DNA from: Dehalococcoidia bacterium
GTDB lineage: Bacteria > Chloroflexota > Dehalococcoidia > Plut-88900
DNA: 64,000 nt
Assembly: GCA_965249275.1 (NCBI GenBank)
Contig: CBDFLQ010000006.1
Span: 320,001-384,000, forward strand
Direction: 5' to 3'
Made by a program: the position numbers and the translations under genes. The notes beneath the pieces were generated by a model. It saw nothing but the letters and a program-made list of their open reading frames with translations, searched no databases and was not told the origin of the DNA. Within the stretch, counting starts at the first letter, position 1, and the number at the start of each line of letters is the position of its first letter. Shown here one piece after another: positions 28,000 through 38,744 of this stretch.

Positions 28000-29694
28000 C
28001 TACCCGACCATGTCGCAGCTGCGCAGCAGCTTGCCGGGCAATGCCCCCGTGCAGTCGTTCCCTTCGAACGTGACGGTGCCGTTGACTATGGTGTAGCGCA
28101 GGCCCGTGGGCTTCTGGATTAGACGGCGCTCGTCTCCCGGGAAATCATTTGCGAAGATTGCCTTGTCGTATAGGAACCCCAACTCGTCCAGGTTGTAGAT
28201 CATTATGTCGGCCCAGGACCCCACTTTCAGGGTGCCCCGGTCCTTGAAATCGGCGAACCAGGCGGGTAGGGCGCTCATCTTGTAGTGGGCCTGTTCCAGG
28301 CTCATGATCTCCCTGTCCCTGATCCAGAACTGGAGCCAGTACACGGGCCACGTGCTTCCTGTAGCGAACTTGGTGTGGGCGCCGCCGTCTGAGACGGAGA
28401 TGTGGCCGTAGGGGTCATTGAATCGCCTTGCCGCTTTCTGGATTACGTCTTCACCTCGCAGGGTGGGCAGAGCGAAGGTGGTCTCCAGGTCCTCATCCAG
28501 CGCTAGGTCAATAAAAGCGTCTACGGGGTGCTTGCCCGTCATTTCGGCCACCTCGCTGATGGGCCTTCCTTCAAATTGGACATTCCGTTCGTGAGCGGTT
28601 TCCAACACCTTGAGAATGGTCCAGGTGGTCCGGAAGTGCGGTACTCTCTCCACGTCTTCCTTCATGGCCTGTCGAGTCTCGGGCACCCTCAGCTTGGCGG
28701 CTCTCTCCTCGGCGCTGCCCACCAGGGGCTGCACCCAGTTGGGCATGTAGTCGTATAGGTTGTACTCGGATAGTTTGAATTCGCTATCGAAAGGCGTACA
28801 CACTAGCTGCGTCACCAACGGGAGCCCTTCGGCACGGCACGCCTTCAACCAGTCCCGACCCTCGCCCAATTGGGCATCCAGAATATGAAGTGGACGTCCG
28901 CTCTTCCTCATCAACTGCGTGGTCATGTTCCGCACGGCCATACGCTCATCCAATTCCAGGCCCGACCCAATGGTCACCCCTATATGGCCAACTCCGAACT
29001 CGCGCATGACATCCGCCATCGCCAGGAACTCTTCGTCAGAAGCAACCACGGTGGGCAGAACGCTCCCATCCTCGGCCCTGTCTTCCAGGTTCTTGTCCAG
29101 GGCAAATCCGAAAGCCCCCGCCTCCATGCTCTCATGAAACATCCGTTTCATCTCGTTCAGCTCTACATCCGTTACGGAAGTCCTCTCCCGAGCGGCGTAC
29201 ATTCCAAGCACATAGCCCCGCATAGGCGAAAAGGGGAACAGAGCCCCCACGTTTAGCCCGAGCCCCTGCCTGTCTAAACTATCCAGGTACTCTGGGAAAG
29301 TCTCCCAGTCCCAGCGCATTCCTAGTCTCATGGACTTCAGTGGTATGGCCTCGATTCGGTCCATCATCCGCATGTTCAGGTCCTGGTCCTCGGGCCTCGT
29401 GGGTGCGAAACCGAAACCGCATTGCCCGATTGTGAGGGATGTCACTCCGAACCAGCCTGAAAGAGAGGCGTACGGGTCCCAGTTAAGCTGGGCATCATAG
29501 TGAGTGTGAAGATCGATGGCCCCAGGCGCTACGAAGCATCCGGAAGCATCGATCTCTTTCGCGGCGCCCGCAGGAATGTTGCCGCTGATCATTGCCACCC
29601 GACCATCCTTCACCGCCACGTCGGCCTGACGACGTGGGACACCAGTGCCATCAATAACCGTTCCGCCCCTAATTACTAGATCGTACTCTCTCAT
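28000..29694 (-). CDS. N-acyl-D-amino-acid deacylase-like amidohydrolase
   Basis: GGTVIDGTG, PGAIDLHTHYD, GQCGFGFAP, SDGGAH, TGALPG. Confidence 0.88.
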   Translation of the reverse strand: MREYDLVIRGGTVIDGTGVPRRQADVAVKDGRVAMISGNIPAGAAKEIDASGCFVAPGAIDLHTHYDAQLNWDPYASLSGWFGVTSLTIGQCGFGFAPTRPEDQDLNMRMMDRIEAIPLKSMRLGMRWDWETFPEYLDSLDRQGLGLNVGALFPFSPMRGYVLGMYAARERTSVTDVELNEMKRMFHESMEAGAFGFALDKNLEDRAEDGSVLPTVVASDEEFLAMADVMREFGVGHIGVTIGSGLELDERMAVRNMTTQLMRKSGRPLHILDAQLGEGRDWLKACRAEGLPLVTQLVCTPFDSEFKLSEYNLYDYMPNWVQPLVGSAEERAAKLRVPETRQAMKEDVERVPHFRTTWTILKVLETAHERNVQFEGRPISEVAEMTGKHPVDAFIDLALDEDLETTFALPTLRGEDVIQKAARRFNDPYGHISVSDGGAHTKFATGSTWPVYWLQFWIRDREIMSLEQAHYKMSALPAWFADFKDRGTLKVGSWADIMIYNLDELGFLYDKAIFANDFPGDERRLIQKPTGLRYTIVNGTVTFEGNDCTGALPGKLLRSCDMVG

Positions 29695-29843
29695 TGCATA
29701 ACCCTTCTTTTACAGATTTGATCACGTGTTCTTTTTTGTATGCTATCGACTGGTCATCTCCACACAGATCGACCTTGTACAATTCGCCGAGGCACTAGAA
29801 CTATGACTCCGGTTTGATATTACACCATATGCAGTTGCAGGCT

Positions 29844-30908
29844 CTACCAGGACTTCAAGACCGGCAGCACTTCTTTGGCAAAGAGCCTCAAGCCTCGCTC
29901 CGCGACAGGCAGAGGTGTACCACCGAAGCGGAAGGCGATGTTCAACTCGAAATCGCCTAGCAGGGCTCTGCGTTCCTCAAGCCCGCGTAGAATCTTGTCC
30001 GGTGTGCCCCAGCTCGCCGCCTTCATAAAACCTTTTACCGCTCCTTCGAGACCCGCCGAACGCGCTATTTCAGCTTTCTGTTGATAGGCGTTGTACCCCT
30101 TCACCGACTTAAAGTGATCGCTAAGAAATTCGTAGTGGTAAAAGTTGCTCTCGACAAATTTGCCCTGGTATTGGAGCGCTTCTTCTTCGGCCTCTGCCAG
30201 GTCAGGGCCGCATATGGCAAATTCGGTGAGCAGCAAGGTTGGTGGCTCCGTGCCGTGAAATTCACGGTGCAATGCTCGGCCCCGCTCAATTCCCTCCATC
30301 CGCATTTCCCAAGGACGATCAGCGAACATGATTATGTGCGCTCCAAGTTTGGCCGCCGAGAGAATAGAATCGTCGCTGGCGGCAACGGCGTAGATACGCC
30401 CGTCGAAAGAATGCTGCGGTCGAGGCCTGAGTTCCGTCCGAGGTTGTTTGAAGTAGGTCCCGTTTCCCTCAATGAAGCCAGTCTTTAGAGCCTCTACAAT
30501 CATTGGCGCTGCCTCGTCAAAACGGCCCCGAGACTCATCCATACTGATCCCAAAGGCCTGGAACTCTCGGCGCGCCAGACCTCGCCCAAGCCCCAGCCGG
30601 AGTCTCCCATTGCTCAACATGTCGAGAACGGCAGCGTTTTCCGCCACCCGCACCGGATCATGCCAGGGGAGTATCACGGCGGCCGTTCCCACGTCGATGT
30701 TGGGGTGCTTGGCCGCCAGATGAGTCATAAGCTGGAGATTGTCCGGCACGAAGGAATAATCGTTGAAATGGTGCTCCGTGGACCAGAGGCAGTCGAATCC
30801 CAAGTCCGCAGCTATGTCAGCAAGGTACAGGTCCTCTTTCCACATCTGACCGTCCGGGCCATCGTCCCAGCCGTAGCTGGAAAAGATCATCATCATTCCG
30901 ACATCCAT
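29844..30908 (-). CDS. LLM-class flavin-dependent oxidoreductase
   Basis: WSTEHHF, ILPWHDPVRVAE, LDMLSNGRLRLGLGRG. Confidence 0.92.
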   Translation of the reverse strand: MDVGMMMIFSSYGWDDGPDGQMWKEDLYLADIAADLGFDCLWSTEHHFNDYSFVPDNLQLMTHLAAKHPNIDVGTAAVILPWHDPVRVAENAAVLDMLSNGRLRLGLGRGLARREFQAFGISMDESRGRFDEAAPMIVEALKTGFIEGNGTYFKQPRTELRPRPQHSFDGRIYAVAASDDSILSAAKLGAHIIMFADRPWEMRMEGIERGRALHREFHGTEPPTLLLTEFAICGPDLAEAEEEALQYQGKFVESNFYHYEFLSDHFKSVKGYNAYQQKAEIARSAGLEGAVKGFMKAASWGTPDKILRGLEERRALLGDFELNIAFRFGGTPLPVAERGLRLFAKEVLPVLKSW

Positions 30909-30961
30909 CTGAGTTCTCCTTCGGATTCATTCAATTTACTGGCCGGCCCGAGTGATACATG

Positions 30962-31804
30962 TCAAAAGCTCGGCTTGGTTGAAAATGGGGTCAATTGGAG
31001 TTCGTGGGTCCAGCAGGACTTGTCCTGAGTGTACAGATAATAGAAGGCCTCAGCTATCTTAACGGGATTCATCAGCAATTCAGGCTGTTGCTGCGCCCGC
31101 GGCAGGGCCCGGGTGCCGGGAGAATCAATGAGGCCGTCGATCACCACATTGGCAACATGCACTCCGTACTCGGAATATTCCTCCGTCAACGCCTGCGCCA
31201 GTGTCCGCATCAACACCCTCGGATAGTATAGCGATTGTCCCGTGTACCGCTTTTTGCCCCGCAACGACGACGGGTTATTGGAAATCAGGATAGAGCCTTC
31301 GCCTCGCTCCCGCATGGCAGGCAGCACTTCCTTCACGACCAGGAATGGGCCGCTGCTGGATATGTGCTGCGCGGTTTCGAACATTTCGAAGGGAATGTGT
31401 TCCAGCAATTCCTTTTCCGGCGGAAGATCACGCCCCTCCAGATACCCTGCGTTATAGACCAATACGTTCGGGTCGCCGACCTTATCTCGGATCTGTACGA
31501 ACGCTTCCGCTATGGACTCCCGAGACGCGAGGTCCAGTTCCACTATCATGCTTTCGCCGCCCTGCTCCCGAATCGCTTCCTCCAATGCAGCCGCGTTGGC
31601 AGCCTTTCGGGTAGTCAAAACGACAAAGAATCCCTCCCTTGCAAACTTTAGGGATATGGCTCCCCCAACCCCCCAGCGCACGCCAACCGGCAGCTCGCTG
31701 TCATCGATCGCCCTACCGTGCACCAACTGGGTATTGCGGCCATCAGATTGCCACTTCGATGTCGCCCCCACCACTACGGCGACCGGCTTTCTGGTTGAGT
31801 TCAT
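30962..31804 (-). CDS. Atypical SDR-fold protein
   Basis: VVVGA...GVGGAIS with a ~28-aa insert, VYNAG, HVANVVIDG, WTHEL; no YxxxK. Confidence 0.8.
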   Translation of the reverse strand: MNSTRKPVAVVVGATSKWQSDGRNTQLVHGRAIDDSELPVGVRWGVGGAISLKFAREGFFVVLTTRKAANAAALEEAIREQGGESMIVELDLASRESIAEAFVQIRDKVGDPNVLVYNAGYLEGRDLPPEKELLEHIPFEMFETAQHISSSGPFLVVKEVLPAMRERGEGSILISNNPSSLRGKKRYTGQSLYYPRVLMRTLAQALTEEYSEYGVHVANVVIDGLIDSPGTRALPRAQQQPELLMNPVKIAEAFYYLYTQDKSCWTHELQLTPFSTKPSF

Positions 31805-31970
31805 GTTGGATTCCTTTCGTGGAGATGTATCCTGCCGGTGATCATCGAAAGTCTATCCTGCTGACAGTGATCACTCCGGCTACCTGCGCTATAAGCAATG
31901 TCAAATACAGGCGGATTGCTCCAGTAGAGCCCAAGGAGGGTTTAGCTTGCTGAATATCCTTGGCGCGGGT

Positions 31971-33953
31971 CTAACCGGTCTTCAATCCCGTCAGCTTGCT
32001 GTCGATAGTCTCCGCTTCCAATGACAACCTTGCCCACTCCTCCCAGAGGGAGTCCGTCTCCTCTTTGAGTACGCGGTATTGCTCCCCTGAGGCGGCAATC
32101 TGGTCCGGCTCGTCAAACAAGTCGGGATTGGAGAACTTCGCCTCCAACTCCGCCATGCGGGCTTCGTGGTTGGCTAGGGAACAGTTTATTTTCTCAATCA
32201 GCCTCGCCAGCCTGCGCGCCTCTTTGCTAAGTGACCGGCGCTGTAGTTCCTCAGCGCTGGTTACCCGACCGTTGCGGTTCCCACTCAACTCCTGTACCAA
32301 AGCATCGACATCGGCTCCATTGGCCGTTGAACTGGTGCTTCCCTTGTTGGTTTTAGTTTGCTTTTGATACAGATAGCTGTCGTAGTCCCCAGGGAAAACC
32401 GTGGGCTGGCCCCCATCTATTTCTACAATCTTGTTTGCGATCTGCCGCATTAGTGTCCGGTCGTGGGTTATGAAACAGATAGTGCCGTGATAGTCACCAA
32501 GAGCGTCCGCGAGAATCTCCCTGGAAGCGATGTCAAGATGATTTGTCGGCTCGTCCATGAGGAGCAGATTGCTTGGCTGTAACAGCAGCTTGGCCAAAGC
32601 CACCCGTGCCTTTTCACCACCGGACAGCACGGAAATTGGCTTGAGGACATCGTCACCACTGAACAGGAATCCCCCGAGAGTCGTGCGCAGGTTCTGCTCC
32701 GATTCCCCTGGCGCCGACTTCTGCACCTCTTCAATCATCGTGTTGCCCGGATCCAGGAGTTCAAGCACGTGCTGTGCGTAATAAGTAGTGATTACGTTAT
32801 GACCGGTTTTTCTCTCCCCGCTGTCAAATGCAATCACGTCTGCCAGTATCTTCAGCATCGTTGTCTTGCCCGCGCCGTTAGGCCCGACCAACGCAACACG
32901 GTCTCCGCGCGAAAGTGTCAGGTTAATGTCTTGGTAGACCACGTTTTTGCCGTAAGACTTGCTCAAGTTTCTCAGTGAAATAACCTCGGAACCGCTGCGG
33001 GGGGGCTCCGGGAATGAATATCGGACCTTTTTCGTGGCCCTCGGCAACTCGATGATCTTAATTTTTTCGAGTTGCTTCACACGGCTTTGCACCTGGGTGG
33101 CCTTTCTGGCCTTCGAGCGAAAACGATCGATAAAGCGCATTTGCTTCTGTATCTGGCGTTCCTGCCTCGCTGAGGCCGCCTCCTTGACCTGAAGGGCGCG
33201 CGCTCGTGCAACCAGGTAAGCGTCATAGTTGCCCCTGTGAAGCATCACTTCGTCCAGCTCAATGGCAAGTACCTTGGTTGCGGTCTGGTTCAGAAAAGCA
33301 CGGTCGTGAGATGTGACGAGCACGCCACCCTGGAAAGAGGCTAGATACTTCTCAAACCAGAGGTTTGCATCCAGGTCAAGGTGATTCGTTGGCTCGTCAA
33401 GGAGCAACAGGTTGGGCTTCCTGAACAGTATTCTGGCTAGGCTGGCCCGCATGACCCATCCGCCGCTGAACTCGCTCATAGGCCGCAGAAAGTCGGCCTG
33501 CTTAAAACCAAGGCCCGAGAGCACAGCCTTGGCCTCGTGCTCTCTGTCATTTCCGCCAGCGGCCTCCAACTCCATGTCAAGTTTGCCGAGACGCTCCAGC
33601 AGGTAGCTCTGCTGCACAGGGTCGGCTTCCGATGACAGCACCTCCTGTACAGCGGCTATTTCATCCACCAAAGCGTTCACTTCCGATCCGGCGTCCAACA
33701 CTTCTTTGAGAAGGGGTTTGCCGGTAAACGAATCAGGTTCCTGCTTGAGATAGCCCACGGTAACGTTGCGCTGCCTGGATACGCTTCCTGTGTCCGGGGC
33801 CATTTCGCCCGCCAGGATATCCATGAGCGTGGTCTTACCGGAGCCGTTTGGGCCTATCAGCGCAATACGGTCCCCGGCAGTTAGGTTCAATGTGAGGCCA
33901 CTGAACAGGGTCCTGTCTGAATAGGTCTTGCTGATGTCTGATCCAACTAGCAT
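31971..33953 (-). CDS. ABC-F family ATPase (YheS/Uup-like)
   Basis: Two ABC domains ([13 protein letters not shown]; [13 protein letters not shown]), DEPTNHLD twice, C-terminal coiled coil, no TM segments. Confidence 0.93.
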   Translation of the reverse strand: MLVGSDISKTYSDRTLFSGLTLNLTAGDRIALIGPNGSGKTTLMDILAGEMAPDTGSVSRQRNVTVGYLKQEPDSFTGKPLLKEVLDAGSEVNALVDEIAAVQEVLSSEADPVQQSYLLERLGKLDMELEAAGGNDREHEAKAVLSGLGFKQADFLRPMSEFSGGWVMRASLARILFRKPNLLLLDEPTNHLDLDANLWFEKYLASFQGGVLVTSHDRAFLNQTATKVLAIELDEVMLHRGNYDAYLVARARALQVKEAASARQERQIQKQMRFIDRFRSKARKATQVQSRVKQLEKIKIIELPRATKKVRYSFPEPPRSGSEVISLRNLSKSYGKNVVYQDINLTLSRGDRVALVGPNGAGKTTMLKILADVIAFDSGERKTGHNVITTYYAQHVLELLDPGNTMIEEVQKSAPGESEQNLRTTLGGFLFSGDDVLKPISVLSGGEKARVALAKLLLQPSNLLLMDEPTNHLDIASREILADALGDYHGTICFITHDRTLMRQIANKIVEIDGGQPTVFPGDYDSYLYQKQTKTNKGSTSSTANGADVDALVQELSGNRNGRVTSAEELQRRSLSKEARRLARLIEKINCSLANHEARMAELEAKFSNPDLFDEPDQIAASGEQYRVLKEETDSLWEEWARLSLEAETIDSKLTGLKTG

Positions 33954-34177
33954 GTCGTTTTGCCTTGTCTATCATCTTAACCGCACGATGCAACTGCAAG
34001 GAGTGGGCACGGGTCTTCATAACAGTTTAAAATAAGTGCTCCTAACTTGACGGTATGCAATTGGAACAGCCGCTTGAACGACTCCCAAAAGAGCCGTTCC
34101 GTGCGACCTTGTCTAGACACCTATCGAATCCAAGGACACTAGAATGCCAACCATGAGAAGAAATCTATGAGCGCGAA

Positions 34178-37100
34178 TTGAAGTCAGCATTAGTCCTCAT
34201 ATCCATCACTCCGATGCTAGTTGTGTTAGTAGCTTGCGGCTCCCAACCCACGCCCACAGCACCTCCCGAACACACAGCCACCACCGAGACAGTAGCGCCA
34301 ACACCCGCTCCTAGTCCTGATCCTACAGCCACTACCGCGCCGGTAGAGCCCACCCCCACCCCAACCCCCGAACCCACAGCTACTCCTGTGCTGGCAGTAC
34401 CTACCCCAACCCCAACCCCAACTCCCGAGTCCACGCCTACTCCAGCCCCCATGCCCACCGCTCCGGTCGAGCCGGAAATTGAGGTTGAGGAACCCCTGGA
34501 CTTCGACCCCCTGGTGGTCCGCGGCACTCTTCCCAACGGCCTGAGCTACTACATCAGACACAACGAAGAGCCGCGCGGCCGCGCCCAAATAGCGCTGGCG
34601 GTAAAGGCCGGTTCGGTGCATGAGGAGGAGAATCAGCGCGGGCTAGCTCACTTAGTAGAGCACATGGCATTCAACGGCACTGAGCGCTTCGCCAAGCAAG
34701 AAATAATCGAATACATCGAGTCCATCGGCAGTACCTTTGGCCCCGACCTTAACGCCTACACCGGTTTCGACGAAACCTTGTATTTTCTGGAGATTCCGAC
34801 AGGCGATCCCGAAATCACCGAAAACGCTTTCCATATCCTAAGTGACTGGGCTTATGCAATAAGCTTCGACCCGGAGGAAGTTGAGCTGGAGCGTGGTGTA
34901 GTTTTGGAAGAGTGGCGTTTGAGCCAAGGATTCAACTCCCGCCTCCAGGATAACTTGCTCTCACTGCTCTTCGGGTCCTCGCGCTACGCCGACCGGGCCC
35001 CTATAGGGCTCACGGACATCATTGAAAACGCTCCGGTAGAGCGCCTGATCGAATACTACGAGCGTTGGTACAGGCCCGACCTCTTGGCCGTCGTCGCCGT
35101 GGGTGACTTCGATATTGAGGACATGGAGGCCAAGGTAAAGCAGCACTTCGCACCGTCTCCCGAAGGCGAGGCTTACCAGGAGCGCGCTGCCGTCGCACCT
35201 TCCACCGAAAGGCCGACTTTCGATGTACCAAGCTACGACGAGACACGTATCGAGGTCTTTACCGATGCTGAATCCCCCGGCTCCCAGTTCATCCTCATCC
35301 GAAACCTCACTCCCGACAAGGGTCAAGACTTGTCGGCATTCCGGCGCTATGTCGTGGAAAGCCTTGCCTTCATGATGCTCAACGCCCGACTTTTCGAGCG
35401 TAGTCAGTCCGCCGATCCACCCTATCTGTGGGCCGGAAGTGGACGTTCAGCATATGTAGAAACCCTGGACATCCTGACGTTCCAGGCATGGGTGGAACCC
35501 GATGGCATCGAAACTGGTCTGGGCGCGGTACTGGAGGAAATGCAGCGCGTTCGACAGCATGGCTTTACGGAAAGCGAACTGGCCCGAGAAAAAAGCAACC
35601 TGCTCAGCTCGGTGGAGAGCGCGTACAAGCAACGGGAACAGACATCTTCGGGTACCCTCGTCGACGAATACGTAGACCACTTTTTCAGCGGAACGCCCGT
35701 TCCCGGCATAGAAACTGAATGGGAGCTGTATCAGGAGCTGCTTCCACAGATCTCCTTGGCGGAGTTCGGCGAAGTGGCCGAATCCTGGACTCAGTCCGGT
35801 AACACGGGTCTTCTTGTCGTTCGTCCCGAAGAAACTGAAGCCAACTCGGATGCGGACTTGGCAGTAGACACGCTGGCTCAAATCGAGGGAGCCCCTGCAC
35901 TGACGGTCGACCCTTACGCAGATGACGTAGGAGATGTTCCCCTGCTGGCAACTATCCCGACCCCGGGAAGCATCACAGCCGAAGAGCAAATCGAGTCTAT
36001 CGACGCCGTTAAGTGGACGCTGTCCAACGGCATTACCGTAATAGCCAAACAGACCGACTTCAAAAACGACGAGGTCGTATTCAGGGCCTTCAGCCCAGGC
36101 GGGCACTCCCTCGTGTCCGATGATGACCACGTGTCCGCTACCTACGCCGCACAATTGGTTTCCGGAAGCGGCGTAGGCCCGCACGACAATGTGACTCTGG
36201 ACAAGCTGCTAGCCGGCCAGAGGGTCTCAGTATCTCCATATATAGAGGAGTTGTTTGAAGGCTTTAGTGGCAGTGGCTCACCGGAGGACATGGAGACCCT
36301 GTTCCAACTAATCACGTTGTATGCAACCGAACCTCGGCTGGATCCGGCTTTTTTCTCGAATTACGAGTCGAGGCTGCGCAGCGTCGCCGAGATCAACGCC
36401 GCCGAACCGGACTCAGTCCTCTTCGACACCGTAAACGCCCTGCTGGCCCAGAACCACTTCCGTGCCCGCCCTCTTTCAGTAGAGCTGCTTGAAGAGCTGA
36501 GCATGGAGCGGGCCGAGGCCGTCTACGCCGACCGGTTCGCAGACTTGAGCGATTCAACCTTCGTCTTTGTGGGCGCCTTCGACTGGGATGATCTGCGCTC
36601 GTTGACTGCTACCTACCTGGCCAGCTTGCCAAGCACAGGTCGGGCCGAACAGTGGCAAGACCACGGGATTGACCCGCCGCCGGGTCTGGTAGACCACGCT
36701 GTTTACAGTGGGACTGAGCCCCGCAGCAACACGTTAGTGCTTTTCGCCGGAGATATGGAGTGGAGCCGCCAGGAGGCCCTTACTCTTAACGTGGTCGGCG
36801 AGGTGCTCGGGATCCGATTGCGGGAACGAGTCCGCGAACAGTTGGGCGGCACGTACAGCATTGGTGTAAGCGCAAGTGGCTCCAGTCTCCCAGACCAGGA
36901 GTACCTCGCCTACGTCATCTTTGGCAGCGATCCCACACGCGTCGAAGAGCTTTTCGGCGAGGTGATTACTGAAGTGGACTGGCTGCGCGATGGGGGTGAA
37001 CAGAGTTACCTGGACACGGTCAAGGAGCTCTTGAGCACCTCTCGGGAGGAGCAGTTGCGGGACAACGGGTTCTGGCTTGGCCAGATCCAGTCAGCAACTC

Positions 37101-37243
37101 AGCGGGGAGAATCGTTCTCGGAAATCACCGGTTTCGACGAACGGCTGGAGGCATTGACTCTAGATGAGGTCGCGGACGCAGCCCAGCGCTACCTCACTAC
37201 GGATCGCTACCTGCGCGTGGTGCTGTTCCCCGTAGAGGAATAG
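34178..37243 (+). CDS. M16 (PqqL/insulinase-like) zinc peptidase lipoprotein
   Basis: Lipobox LVAC, PT-rich linker, GLAHLVEHMAFNGT (HxxEH), LSNG, LRERVREQLGGTYS. Confidence 0.92.
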   Translation: MKSALVLISITPMLVVLVACGSQPTPTAPPEHTATTETVAPTPAPSPDPTATTAPVEPTPTPTPEPTATPVLAVPTPTPTPTPESTPTPAPMPTAPVEPEIEVEEPLDFDPLVVRGTLPNGLSYYIRHNEEPRGRAQIALAVKAGSVHEEENQRGLAHLVEHMAFNGTERFAKQEIIEYIESIGSTFGPDLNAYTGFDETLYFLEIPTGDPEITENAFHILSDWAYAISFDPEEVELERGVVLEEWRLSQGFNSRLQDNLLSLLFGSSRYADRAPIGLTDIIENAPVERLIEYYERWYRPDLLAVVAVGDFDIEDMEAKVKQHFAPSPEGEAYQERAAVAPSTERPTFDVPSYDETRIEVFTDAESPGSQFILIRNLTPDKGQDLSAFRRYVVESLAFMMLNARLFERSQSADPPYLWAGSGRSAYVETLDILTFQAWVEPDGIETGLGAVLEEMQRVRQHGFTESELAREKSNLLSSVESAYKQREQTSSGTLVDEYVDHFFSGTPVPGIETEWELYQELLPQISLAEFGEVAESWTQSGNTGLLVVRPEETEANSDADLAVDTLAQIEGAPALTVDPYADDVGDVPLLATIPTPGSITAEEQIESIDAVKWTLSNGITVIAKQTDFKNDEVVFRAFSPGGHSLVSDDDHVSATYAAQLVSGSGVGPHDNVTLDKLLAGQRVSVSPYIEELFEGFSGSGSPEDMETLFQLITLYATEPRLDPAFFSNYESRLRSVAEINAAEPDSVLFDTVNALLAQNHFRARPLSVELLEELSMERAEAVYADRFADLSDSTFVFVGAFDWDDLRSLTATYLASLPSTGRAEQWQDHGIDPPPGLVDHAVYSGTEPRSNTLVLFAGDMEWSRQEALTLNVVGEVLGIRLRERVREQLGGTYSIGVSASGSSLPDQEYLAYVIFGSDPTRVEELFGEVITEVDWLRDGGEQSYLDTVKELLSTSREEQLRDNGFWLGQIQSATQRGESFSEITGFDERLEALTLDEVADAAQRYLTTDRYLRVVLFPVEE
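34244..34470 (+). repeat. Coding Pro-Thr low-complexity linker
   Basis: Repeated ACCCCA/ACCCCC hexamers encoding PTPTPTPEPT. Confidence 0.7.
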
Positions 37244-37435
37244 CAGCCCAAGAAATCTGCCAGGCCGTCCTCCAATACAATAGCTCCCCATGTTCAGCCA
37301 AGGTATGAACCCAATTGGAGGCGCGTATGCCCCGATCTGAGCGTCCCCCGCAGCCAAGGGGGTGAAGCATGGTGCTTAGTACAATCAAAGTATATCCTGT
37401 CTACATCTTGGAAACTATGTTGCACGGAGGCTGCT

Positions 37436-38473
37436 ATGAAGTTGGACTTTAGCGTCGGCCTGGGCCGTACCGAATCGGTCCACGAGATAGGGGAGTATGC
37501 AAGGTTTGCCGAGGACAGTGGGTTCAAACAACTGACCCTTATAGACATGCCCTTCGTCGGTCGCGACGTACATACTTTGATGGCCCTCTCCGCTCAGAGC
37601 ACCAGATCAATCCTCATAGGGCATGGGGTAACCACTCCGATAACCTTCCATCCAATGTCAATAGCCAACGCCACCGCCAGCATTAACGAACTGTCCGGGG
37701 GCCGTGCCTTTGTTGGCCTGGGAGTTGGTGGGCCTTTTGAAACTGTCCTGAAGCGGCCTGCTCCCGTCAAGGAAATGCGTGAAGCGGTGAACTTCATTCG
37801 GAAGTTCATGTCTGGGGAGGAAGCGGAATACCGAGGAGCGAAAGCCCACTCGGAGTGGATTCGAGACCCGGTGCCCATCTACTTGGCAGCGGAGCGCCCG
37901 AGGATGTTGCAGCTTGCCGGAGAAATCGCCGACGGGGTGATTTCCATCGGGACCAATCCGGAATGGGTCAGGTGGAAGATGGCGCAAGTTGAGAAGGGGG
38001 CGCTCAGGGTCGGCAGGGATCCTGCGGAGGTAGAATTCTGGGTCCGCACCATGATCTACGTTGCCGACAACAAAGAGGACGCCCGAGAGGAGGTGGCTCC
38101 TTATCCCCTTGCCTACGGCCACCTTCATACGCTTTTCGAACAAGATACCCCCGAGGTCAACGAGCTACGCCAAGGACTGGAACGGGCAAATCCGGGACTG
38201 ATAGAGGAACTTGCCTCCGATTCTAAACGAGTCGCCGACGCTTATGAGCCCTATGGAGTCGAGCGTCTCGATGCGCCTTGGGCGAAACATGTCACTGCTA
38301 CCCTGATTGATTACTTTCATCTGACCGGTAAACCGGACGACATCAATGAACGGATATCCGTTTTAGGGGAGATGGGAGTAAAGAACATCTCCACTGTGAT
38401 GTTCACAATCCTGGACAAGAAGGGAATGATGCGGTCAATTAGAGACGAGATCATGCCTCACTTCCAAGCCTAG
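37436..38473 (+). CDS. LLM-class oxidoreductase (Mer-like)
   Basis: GHGVTTP, NELSGGRAFVGLGVG, PVPIYLAA, LAGEIADGV. Confidence 0.88.
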   Translation: MKLDFSVGLGRTESVHEIGEYARFAEDSGFKQLTLIDMPFVGRDVHTLMALSAQSTRSILIGHGVTTPITFHPMSIANATASINELSGGRAFVGLGVGGPFETVLKRPAPVKEMREAVNFIRKFMSGEEAEYRGAKAHSEWIRDPVPIYLAAERPRMLQLAGEIADGVISIGTNPEWVRWKMAQVEKGALRVGRDPAEVEFWVRTMIYVADNKEDAREEVAPYPLAYGHLHTLFEQDTPEVNELRQGLERANPGLIEELASDSKRVADAYEPYGVERLDAPWAKHVTATLIDYFHLTGKPDDINERISVLGEMGVKNISTVMFTILDKKGMMRSIRDEIMPHFQA

Positions 38474-38744
38474 AATTATTCCGGGAGACATTCCCAGCCC
38501 GCCAGTCAACGCACACTGTAGACAGAACCGCGCCACTGGGACTGAATTCCACAAGTGCATTGCCTCCAATGAGGCTGCCACTTGGATATCTGAAAATCCC
38601 CGGCCTCTTGATGGCCTGAAGTGCACAGCAAGAATCCCGACAGGTTAAAAGCCTACTGTTGACTGTGCCGCTTGCCGAAATCTAACATGACCCTATCCAA
38701 AATCGGCGCCACGCTAACAAGCGCGGACTTTCAGGAGGAACGCA

